Positions 1 to 7,102 of a DNA stretch of 26,098 bases are shown piece by piece; within the stretch, counting starts at the first letter, position 1; every line of letters starts with the position of its first letter. Source of the DNA: Myxococcales bacterium (lineage in GTDB: Bacteria; Myxococcota_A; UBA9042; JABWCM01; BTVJ01). Both the position numbers and the translations under genes were made by a program. Where the stretch lies: assembly GCA_045863395.1 (NCBI GenBank), contig BTVJ01000098.1:1-26098 (forward strand), written 5' to 3'. The notes beneath the pieces are model-generated. The model did no database searches. It had not been told where the DNA came from and saw only the letters and a list, made by a program, of their open reading frames with translations.

Positions 1-179
1 GCGTCGGCCAGCTCTGCCCGCGCCACCGCGACGGCCTCGTCGCCCCGGTGGAGGTTGCGGCGCGCTGCCTCGATCGCGGCTCCGAGTCCGGCCCATGCGA
101 CCGCGCTCGCCGGGGCCGCGGCGACCTCAGACGCTGCCTTTGCGACCCAGTCGTGATGGGTGGTGCGCTTGTCGTTCAT
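1..179 (-). CDS. N-terminal part of a hypothetical protein truncated by the window edge (MNDKRTTHHDWVAKAASEVAAAPASAVAWAGLGAAIEAARRNLHRGDEAVAVARAELAD...)
   Basis: Manually translated and absent from the ORF track. ATG at 179-177, with AGGAGG at 190-185 five nt upstream. The frame is open to the edge with GC-rich third positions, on the same strand as the upstream operon. Confidence 0.7.
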   Translation of the reverse strand, partial: MNDKRTTHHDWVAKAASEVAAAPASAVAWAGLGAAIEAARRNLHRGDEAVAVARAELAD

Positions 180-360
180 GCGAGCCTCCTGCTGCCCCGC
201 CGTGGGGGCCCTGACGCCAGGCATCCGCCTGCGACGCCCCGCCGCCCCGCCTGGCCGCGATCCTTCCGCGCTGCCACCAGCCGCACCGCATCCCGGGGAG
301 AGCCGCGTCGCGCCCCATTCTGACACGACCACGTCTTGGCGCCCACTCCTGGCGCCCCCC

Positions 361-1770
361 TCAGGGACGCAGCCGCTGGAACTTGCCGCGTTTGTCGTCG
401 ACCGGGAAGGGGGTCGCCGGTGGGGACTCGTCCGGGTCGTAGCCGCGCCCCAAGCCGGCGGCGAAGTCGCTGAAGGGGTCTACCTGGGCCTCCGCCAGGG
501 AGAGGCAGCCGATGTTCATGAGGCTCCTGACCTCCCAGGTGGCGGCCTGGCGGATGTTGTAGAGGTCGTCGGAGCCCGCCAGGTGGTAGAACTCGTGGGC
601 GAACATCTTCTCCAGCCGGGGAGCCTCCTCGGGGGTGAGCTCCTCGGGTGGCGTGAAGAGGACCGTGTAGTCGTAGTCCGGGCGGTTCGTGGCGTAGGAG
701 CGGCCCTGCCAGGGGACGTAGAAGAGGAAGGAGACCGACGTCGCGCCGTGGACGTCCATGGCGGACTGCCAGATGGCTCGGAGGGTGTCGGCGCCCGGGT
801 CCAGGAGGGGGTCTGCGGCGCGGAGCGCTCGGGCGATGTCCTCCTCGGCGGTCTCCACGGCGAGTCTGGGGGCGTAGCCCGCTGTGACGATCAGGCCGAT
901 CTCCACCGCGTCCTGGGTCGGGATCAGATCCATGGAGAGGCAGTTCTCCTCGAAGGTGCGGGCGCGCTTCACGACCCAGCCGAGGGCCGCCGTCGTGCGG
1001 TCCAGCACGTAGGCGCGCTCGCCCGGCTGGTGGACGCCCGTGTTGACGTCCACGAAGACGCCGTAGACCTGGTGGCGTCCGTCGAGGCCCAGCGTCGAGC
1101 CCACATAGGTGAACACCGAGCCGCGGTCGCGGAGGTTGCGCTCGTGTGAGATGGGCAGCACCCGGTCGCAGGGGATGCTGGGCGGGGCTGGCCGCGTCTT
1201 GACCCATGCGTCCGAGTGGGCCGGCTCGCCGCAGGCCGCCGGCGGGGGGCGGACGATGGTGACGCCGTCGGATCGCCGGTGGAGGAGGGCTGCGAGGGCG
1301 GCGATCAGCAGGAGGGCTGCCAGCGCGCCGGGCCACCGGAAGGCGCCGGGCGTCGCCGCCGGGCCGGCTCGCCTCGTGGGGCCGCCGCCGGGGGGCGAGG
1401 AGCCACCGCGGATCGGTCTGGTTGCGCCGCCCGCCGCTCCGCCACCTGTCGCTCCTCCTCCTGCCGCTCCTCCCGCCGCACCGCCACCCGCCGCACCGCC
1501 ACCCGTCGCACCGCCACCCGCCGCACCGCCACCCGCCGCACCACCTCCCGCCGCACCACCTCCCGCGGCGCCGCCCCCAGCACGCCCCCCAGCCCCACCC
1601 CCGGGCGACGGCACCGCCCCCGTGCGCTCCAGCGCGTACTGCCCCAGCATGGCCCGCGCGTCCGGCACCCCGCCCGGCGCGGCCCCGCACGGGCACCCAC
1701 CGGACTCAGGGAGCGCCGCCCCGCAGACCTCGCAGGTCCCAGCCCCAGGAGTGTCCGACTCAGGCGCCAT
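361..1770 (-). CDS. Membrane-anchored zinc metallopeptidase-like protein: N-terminal Cys zinc-ribbon, Gly/Ala linker, single TM helix, C-terminal HExxH domain resembling M6/immune inhibitor A
   Basis: 469 aa. CEVC...CPC at the N-terminus, TM helix WPGALAALLLIAALAALL, and motif AHEFYHLAGSDDLY (HExxHxxGxxD; HEFYH at 597-583) followed by SLMN, a Met-turn-like element. The start lies 3 nt after the upstream stop. Confidence 0.75.
   Translation of the reverse strand: MAPESDTPGAGTCEVCGAALPESGGCPCGAAPGGVPDARAMLGQYALERTGAVPSPGGGAGGRAGGGAAGGGAAGGGAAGGGAAGGGATGGGAAGGGAAGGAAGGGATGGGAAGGATRPIRGGSSPPGGGPTRRAGPAATPGAFRWPGALAALLLIAALAALLHRRSDGVTIVRPPPAACGEPAHSDAWVKTRPAPPSIPCDRVLPISHERNLRDRGSVFTYVGSTLGLDGRHQVYGVFVDVNTGVHQPGERAYVLDRTTAALGWVVKRARTFEENCLSMDLIPTQDAVEIGLIVTAGYAPRLAVETAEEDIARALRAADPLLDPGADTLRAIWQSAMDVHGATSVSFLFYVPWQGRSYATNRPDYDYTVLFTPPEELTPEEAPRLEKMFAHEFYHLAGSDDLYNIRQAATWEVRSLMNIGCLSLAEAQVDPFSDFAAGLGRGYDPDESPPATPFPVDDKRGKFQRLRP
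1475..1579. repeat. Coding tandem repeat: 7 units of 15 bp (consensus GCCGCACCGCCACCC) encoding (GGGAA)n on the minus strand
   Basis: Units start at 1475, 1490, 1505, 1520, 1535, 1550 and 1565, with degenerate copies continuing down to about 1425. Confidence 0.9.
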
Positions 1771-1773
1771 CGC

Positions 1774-2145
1774 TCACCACCCCGTCAGTGAGAGGCCCAC
1801 GTAGGCTGCCGCCGCCACCGCCAGGAGGCCGGCGCCGACGCCGGCGGCCACGTCCCGCGGGAGACCGTCCGCGCTCCGCGGGGCTCCGGCCCCCCTGCCG
1901 GTCGCTCCCCCCGCGGTCGCCGGCGCCCTCGTCGTGGCGACCACACGTTCGCCTGCTCCCGCGTCACCGCCGACCCCGCCCGCACGCGCCATCCACCGCG
2001 CGACGAGCCCCATCACGACGAAGAGGACCACCCCCACCGCCGCGCCCGCCAGCACCGGCGCCACGCGCTCCGCGGCCGCCTTCGCGAAGGATGGCACCGG
2101 GTCGCGCACGAGCAGCTCGGCGAACAGCGTCACGCCTCGCACCAT
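1774..2145 (-). CDS. Small integral membrane protein (2 TM), paralogue of 2149-2427
   Basis: 123 aa with hydrophobic segments VAPVLAGAAVGVVLFVVMGLVA and VAAGVGAGLLAVAAAAYVGLSL. There are 3-nt gaps to both neighbouring genes. Confidence 0.7.
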   Translation of the reverse strand: MVRGVTLFAELLVRDPVPSFAKAAAERVAPVLAGAAVGVVLFVVMGLVARWMARAGGVGGDAGAGERVVATTRAPATAGGATGRGAGAPRSADGLPRDVAAGVGAGLLAVAAAAYVGLSLTGW

Positions 2146-2148
2146 GGC

Positions 2149-2427
2149 CTACCCCACTCGGAAGACGAGGCCGAAGTACAGCGCCGAGGCGACCGCGATC
2201 AGCCCCGACAGCACCAGGAGCCAGCGCGCGCGGGCCTCGTCGTCGCCCTCGGTGTAGCGCCGGAAGATCGCCAGCGCCACCACGGTCCAGAGGACCCACA
2301 CGGCGAGCATGATCCCCGCCCCGGCCAGGACCGGCCAGAGGCGCTCCACGAAGAGGTCCCAGTACGCGAACCGGGGCTGGGCCATCGCGTCCGCGATCAC
2401 CGGAGCCCCAAGGACAATGCCACTCAT
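2149..2427 (-). CDS. Small integral membrane protein (92 aa, 2 TM)
   Basis: This is the C-terminal part of track ORF 2149..3246. The likely real start is ATG at 2427 (MSGIVLGAPV...), preceded by AGGAGGT overlapping the upstream TGA. TM segments are LWPVLAGAGIMLAVWVLWTVVALAIF and WLLVLSGLIAVASALYFGLVF. Confidence 0.75.
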   Translation of the reverse strand: MSGIVLGAPVIADAMAQPRFAYWDLFVERLWPVLAGAGIMLAVWVLWTVVALAIFRRYTEGDDEARARWLLVLSGLIAVASALYFGLVFRVG

Positions 2428-2432
2428 GTCGC

Positions 2433-5400
2433 TCACCTCCTGCGGAATGTGGGCTCGCCGGGATCCACGGCGAGGTCGGGGCGCGCGAAGGCGGGCGGCG
2501 ATGCCCACCCGGCCCCGGTGGAGAGGGCGAGCCCCAGGTCGTTCCAGTGGTCCGCGATCATGCGGGCCACGCCGAGGCCGCCCTCGCAGCCGTCGATGAT
2601 CAGCACACCGTGGCCGTCGTCGTCGGGCACCAGGTCCCCCACGCGCGCCGTCCCCGCCGCGCAGAGCACGGACAGGGCGGGTTGGAGCGCGACGAGGGCG
2701 CCCCAGAGGCCGACGGCAAAGGCGTGCGCCTCGTCGAGGCTCCAGGCGCCTCCGGTCACCAGCACGGCGTCCGTCGCGAAGACCGGGTCGAGCGGCAGCC
2801 GTGCGGCGAGCGCGCCGTCCTCGTGGAGCCGCCGTGCCACCAGAGACCCATCCGGGTGGTGGTAGGCGACGCCCCGGGGGCGGACGCGGACTCGCACGGT
2901 CCCTCGCCGGAACTCGAGCGTCGGGCGCCCCGCATAGGACTGCTCCAGCGGCGCTCCCAGGGCGGCCTCCAGCAGGTCGAAGGTACGCACCGGCAACGAG
3001 AAGCCCGCCCCGGCGCCGCGGGCGTCCTCGCCGAAGACCTCCCACGCCGCTCGCGTGCGGGCCGCCCCGTCTCGCCCGACGCGCCAGCAGAGCGGAGACA
3101 CGCCGTCGGTGCGGGCCCAGACCGCGCCGGGGAACGCCTGGAACAGATAGGTCGACGCGTCGCAGACGTATCGGGGCTCGACCCCGTCGGCGTCCAGCAC
3201 GCGCACGACCTCCATGTCGCCGGCGAGGGTGGGGGTCTCGGTGCACGGCAGGTGAGCCCCCGTCTGGCGCGGCGCGAGGCGGCGCGGTGGACTCCAGACC
3301 AGCCCGCCCTCCACCAGAGAGTACCCCCCGTGACTGCTCGCGATGTCTCCGAGCGCCTCGTCGGTCCGGGTGATCGCCTCGTCGTAGAGGTCCGCGCGAA
3401 ACGCCGAGAACGCATCCGCGTCAGGGCTCCACTGGTCCAGGATCAGGCGCGCCCACCGCTCGTGGGCGACGGGCAGGTGGGGGCTCGGCTCCAGCGGCCA
3501 CCGGGTCGCGAGCGCCAGCACCTCCACCAGCAGCCCCCCCAGAGTCTCCGCCTCACGGTCGGCGGTCCCGCCCGCTGCTCGCGGCAAGAGCGCGCCACGC
3601 TCAGCCGAGACTCCAAACGCGGCCGGGACTGCGCCGGACATGGCTCCACCGATGACTCCCAGCTCCCACTCCGCGTGGTCCACGAACACCACCGCGTCCC
3701 CGCGGCGGTATGGACCCTCCACGTTGGCGTTGAGCAGCGACAGCGCCCGGCGGCACCCGGGCAGCAGCGCGTCGCGGACGATGACGACGTGGGCGCCCGT
3801 CGGGTCGGGCCGCAGCATGGGCCAGCGCTTCGGGTCCAGCGCCAGGGGGGCGCGGCGCACCGTGGGCCACCACGCGTCACGTTGAAGCACGGACACGGGG
3901 ATTCCGGCCTGCCGGCAGGCGTCCAACACAGCAAACAGGGTCGGCGCGCCCACCTCCGTGCGGCACTCGGGGAGCAGGACCAGGTCGAGGTTGGCGGCGA
4001 CGGGGACTGCGTGGGCCGCCCTCAGGTCGGAGGCTGCAAGCTCCACGTGGTCAGCGGCCGTGGGCATGATTGCCTCGATCCACTCTCTGTCCCCGAGAGA
4101 GGGGACCGCGCTCGTCCCGAGCCAGACCGTGGGGGAGAGAGGCGACTCGGCCGACGACAGCACGACCTGAAAGGCGCGCAGGGTCTCGCGGAGCTGGGCC
4201 CGCTCCAGCTCCTCGAAGAGGTCCAGGTCCAGGACCGCGACCAGATTCACCTCGAGGAGGCGGCGGTCGCCGGCGGCCAGCGCTCCGCCCAGGGTGGAGA
4301 CTCCCATGACCGCGATGTCGGAGCCGCAGTCGGCCCCGACGGTGGGCCCCCCCTCGGCGAGCCCGGCCTCCTCCATCACGTCCTTGAAGGCGTCGACCTC
4401 GGAGGTCACCGAGCGGCGCAGGCTCAGCGAGTCTCCCCGGCAGGACGGGATGATGATCAGACACCGCGTTCGCGCGGACCCCTCGCCGTCCCCCTCGCCG
4501 GCCGTGGAGAGCAGCGCGTTGTGCAGCGCGACCCACCGGACGATGGTCGCCTTGCCGCACGCCGCCGGCCCATGCAGCACCTGGCACCGCCGCAGGGGGC
4601 GCGTGGCCTGCTCATTGCCCGGGAGCCGGCGGGCCGCCTCGTGGCTGAAGGGCAGGGGGATTGCCCCACTCTCGACGAAGAGCTCCGGACGCCAGTGTCG
4701 CAGCAGGCGCTCGATGAACGGCCGCGCCCAAGGCTCCCGGTGGACGCTCCCCGCTTCAGCGGCCAGCGTCGGACGCCGCACAGGGACGTCCAGCTCCAGG
4801 TAGAGCCCCGCAAACAAGGGGCCCGTCGCTGGCGACCCGACCCCGGAGACCGCCCCACGCAGCAGCGGCTGCCCGTAGGGGGCCGGGACGGTCCAGCCCT
4901 GCTTCGCGAGCACCTCGAGGACGTGGTCCTCTCGCCGCTCCTCGACGGATGGCGCAACCTCGCTCCCCGCCGCCCAGCACGGGGCGGAGTCCATGGCGAA
5001 GGCGGCCACCACGTCCAGCACGAACAGGAGCCCGGCGGCGAGCAGGGGCGCCGCGACGAAGGGGTCGGGGCGACCGGCGGCGTAGACACCCACCGCCACC
5101 ACCGCCAGGCCCGCGACCACCGCCACCACCGCGATTCCGCTGCGCCCCGGCGCCAGCAGGCGGTGGTGATCCAGCGCGCCCAGTGATCGCGCCCCTCCTG
5201 TCGCCGCCAGGGCCTCGCGGCTCATGCCGTGGTGGGTCAGCGTGTCCGCCTCGACTCCATGGCTGGCGCGCCCGGCGAAGGCCACCACGAGCCGGACGAC
5301 CGTCAACGCCGCGATCACCACCGCCACCGCCATGGCGCGTGACGTGGTGGGCGTCGGGGTGACTCCGAGGAGCGCGAGGAGCGGGTCCACGAAGGGGACT

Positions 5401-5690
5401 CCCGCGTCCAGCCACCACAGGGCCGCGGCGCCGGCGAGCCCCAGCAGGCCGCTGGTCACCGCCGCCGCCAGGAGGAACGGGCCTTGGTGGCGGGCCTGGA
5501 TGATCGTGGCGGTGGCGAGGTCCTCCTGGCTCCACTCGTCGGTCTCCTCGGGGAGGCGCCCATTCCCCGGAAGGGCGGCAGCGGCGCGGCCCCCCCGGCG
5601 GCGCGCACCCCCCTGGAGCCACCACACGACTCCGCACGGAACCACCGCCACCAGGACGGCCAACGCCGCGATGATGCCGAGCTCAACCAC
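2433..5690 (-). CDS. Multi-pass membrane protein fused to a degenerate SF2 helicase of the MrfA/YprA/SftH/Hrq1 type, with a C-terminal DUF1998-like region; probably an inactive pseudo-helicase
   Basis: 1085 aa, GTG start with GGAGGT RBS, and about 5 N-terminal TM helices. Helicase-like motifs occur in the correct order: GPAACGKA (4571-4548), LIIIPS (Ia), VAVLDLD (II, about 4241-4221) and LGTSA (III). AFPGAVW and IIDGCEGGLG (about 2600-2571) resemble the MrfA C-terminal region. Confidence 0.65.
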   Translation of the reverse strand: MVELGIIAALAVLVAVVPCGVVWWLQGGARRRGGRAAAALPGNGRLPEETDEWSQEDLATATIIQARHQGPFLLAAAVTSGLLGLAGAAALWWLDAGVPFVDPLLALLGVTPTPTTSRAMAVAVVIAALTVVRLVVAFAGRASHGVEADTLTHHGMSREALAATGGARSLGALDHHRLLAPGRSGIAVVAVVAGLAVVAVGVYAAGRPDPFVAAPLLAAGLLFVLDVVAAFAMDSAPCWAAGSEVAPSVEERREDHVLEVLAKQGWTVPAPYGQPLLRGAVSGVGSPATGPLFAGLYLELDVPVRRPTLAAEAGSVHREPWARPFIERLLRHWRPELFVESGAIPLPFSHEAARRLPGNEQATRPLRRCQVLHGPAACGKATIVRWVALHNALLSTAGEGDGEGSARTRCLIIIPSCRGDSLSLRRSVTSEVDAFKDVMEEAGLAEGGPTVGADCGSDIAVMGVSTLGGALAAGDRRLLEVNLVAVLDLDLFEELERAQLRETLRAFQVVLSSAESPLSPTVWLGTSAVPSLGDREWIEAIMPTAADHVELAASDLRAAHAVPVAANLDLVLLPECRTEVGAPTLFAVLDACRQAGIPVSVLQRDAWWPTVRRAPLALDPKRWPMLRPDPTGAHVVIVRDALLPGCRRALSLLNANVEGPYRRGDAVVFVDHAEWELGVIGGAMSGAVPAAFGVSAERGALLPRAAGGTADREAETLGGLLVEVLALATRWPLEPSPHLPVAHERWARLILDQWSPDADAFSAFRADLYDEAITRTDEALGDIASSHGGYSLVEGGLVWSPPRRLAPRQTGAHLPCTETPTLAGDMEVVRVLDADGVEPRYVCDASTYLFQAFPGAVWARTDGVSPLCWRVGRDGAARTRAAWEVFGEDARGAGAGFSLPVRTFDLLEAALGAPLEQSYAGRPTLEFRRGTVRVRVRPRGVAYHHPDGSLVARRLHEDGALAARLPLDPVFATDAVLVTGGAWSLDEAHAFAVGLWGALVALQPALSVLCAAGTARVGDLVPDDDGHGVLIIDGCEGGLGVARMIADHWNDLGLALSTGAGWASPPAFARPDLAVDPGEPTFRRR

Positions 5691-7092
5691 CGGCCACCTC
5701 CGGGCGGACGTCCAAGCAGCGCAGCTCCGAACGGTAGGGGCCGCACTCCAGGATGAGGCGGTCGCCGGTGGGGGTCGCGCGAAGCACTGGGGTGGGCGCC
5801 GAGGTGCCCCCCGCGCGAGCCCCCGTCGCGGCCTGCCACGCCTTCAGCGCCGTCGAGCACTCGCCGGCCAGCGTGGCGCGGGCGCGGGCCGTCACCCGGG
5901 AGAGGTTGTCGCGGGACGCGCGGAGCGCCTGTCTGAGGTCTGGTGGGGCGCTCCACGAGACGGTCTCCACGACCACGGGAGGCCGCCGGCGTCGCGTGAC
6001 CTCGTCGCGGTAGCCTCGCACGGCCCGGACGATGGCGTACACCCCGAGGACCGCGACACAGCCGCCCAGAATGGCCAGAGCGACGACGGAGGCTGCGCCG
6101 CCGGAGCTCCACGCGGAGAGTCTGCCGTAGGCGAGGCTCCAGGCGAGGGCGGCGGCGCCGAGCGCCAGAGCCCAACCCGTGGTCATGAGAGCCCCCCCTC
6201 CCGCCCGCTCGACGGTGGCGGACTCCGGTGGGGGAGCCGTCGGACGCTCCCTCCGTGTCCGCACGGGGACCGAGATGCGCTCCAGGGGGGTGTCGACGCT
6301 CTCCTCTCCAGCGCGCAGCCCCTCGATACGCTCCCGCTCCTCGTCACAGATGCGGTGGAGGCTGGCCGCGATGGAGGTCGCCTCGGCTTGGCGGGCGCCC
6401 TCGTCCGTGGACAGCGCCACGGCGATGACGCCCTGACCGCCCGGAGCGCCCCGGAGCAGGGTGCCGAGGCTCTTCGCCCCCTCCGGGGTCGCGAGCGCGG
6501 GCGCCAGCGTGCGGAGCCAGTCGGCCAGGCGGCGGGACCCGGCGCTCCGAAGCTCCGGCAGCACGGCGCCCAGCGCGGTGACCCGCACGCCGGGCACGTC
6601 GGGCGCCGCGGGAGCGTCCGCCGGGACGTGCGCGCTCACGCGGATGGCCCAGACCTCCGGTGCGTCGAGCCCCGAGACGACGGAGCGGGCGCTGGCGTCA
6701 TCTCGGAGCAGCCGCGCCACGGGCTCCGGGAGCGTCACGTCCGCGTCCGAGACGATGACCAGGCGCAGCCCCCTGGCGAAGGCGTCGTCGCTCCCCGGGA
6801 CGCGGAGCCCCAGGAGCCCGACAGCGTCACGGAGGGCGCCCACGAGCGCAGAGGCGTCGGTCACCGCGCAGGTCTGCGAGCGGAGGACGCGGAGCCACCG
6901 GTCGCGCCGAAGCGCCCAGGGCGCCCGCCAGCGGGCCGTGACCAGCTCGACGGCCGCCTGGGCAGCCCCGCCCACGCACCACAGGACGACCAGGCTGCCG
7001 ACGCGGCCGCCTTCGGTCGCGAAGCAGCCCCGCGTCGCCGGGTGCAGCACCCAGGGGGGCCACGTCACCTCGATGATCGTCTCTCCGCTCAC
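5683..7092 (-). CDS. Hypothetical membrane protein (about 469 aa) with a central two-TM hairpin
   Basis: Track ORF 5683..7116 starts at a TTG inside the tubulin gene; GTG at 7092, after a G-rich RBS-like run, is more plausible. TM segments are GWALALGAAALAWSLAY and VVALAILGGCVAVLGVYAIV. The end overlaps the next gene's start by 8 nt. Confidence 0.7.
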   Translation of the reverse strand: MSGETIIEVTWPPWVLHPATRGCFATEGGRVGSLVVLWCVGGAAQAAVELVTARWRAPWALRRDRWLRVLRSQTCAVTDASALVGALRDAVGLLGLRVPGSDDAFARGLRLVIVSDADVTLPEPVARLLRDDASARSVVSGLDAPEVWAIRVSAHVPADAPAAPDVPGVRVTALGAVLPELRSAGSRRLADWLRTLAPALATPEGAKSLGTLLRGAPGGQGVIAVALSTDEGARQAEATSIAASLHRICDEERERIEGLRAGEESVDTPLERISVPVRTRRERPTAPPPESATVERAGGGALMTTGWALALGAAALAWSLAYGRLSAWSSGGAASVVALAILGGCVAVLGVYAIVRAVRGYRDEVTRRRRPPVVVETVSWSAPPDLRQALRASRDNLSRVTARARATLAGECSTALKAWQAATGARAGGTSAPTPVLRATPTGDRLILECGPYRSELRCLDVRPEVAGG

Positions 7093-7102
7093 GGCCCCCC
7101 CC

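Noticed and set aside
338..356. GGCGCC-N7-GGCGCC hairpin as an operon terminator
   Set aside because: The stem is only 6 bp with no U-tract, which is expected by chance at this GC content.
1109..1804. Plus-strand Pro-rich ORF with (PPPAA)n
   Set aside because: It is the antisense shadow of the Gly/Ala repeat in the minus-strand peptidase gene, which has coherent domains and operon coupling.
2428..3246. N-terminal 273 aa of track ORF 2149..3246
   Set aside because: This is Arg/Gly-rich alternative-frame sequence overlapping the pseudo-helicase. A strong RBS points to the start at 2427.
2433..5690. Active DNA-repair helicase, or a DISARM/Druantia component
   Set aside because: The catalytic motifs are degenerate, the four-Cys cluster is absent, it has N-terminal TM helices, and no methylase or other DISARM genes lie in the window.
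7095..7102. C8/G8 homopolymer as a phase-variation switch
   Set aside because: It is only 8 nt long in very GC-rich DNA, and lies between a stop codon and the likely GTG start, where it can simply serve as the RBS. There is no evidence of length variation.
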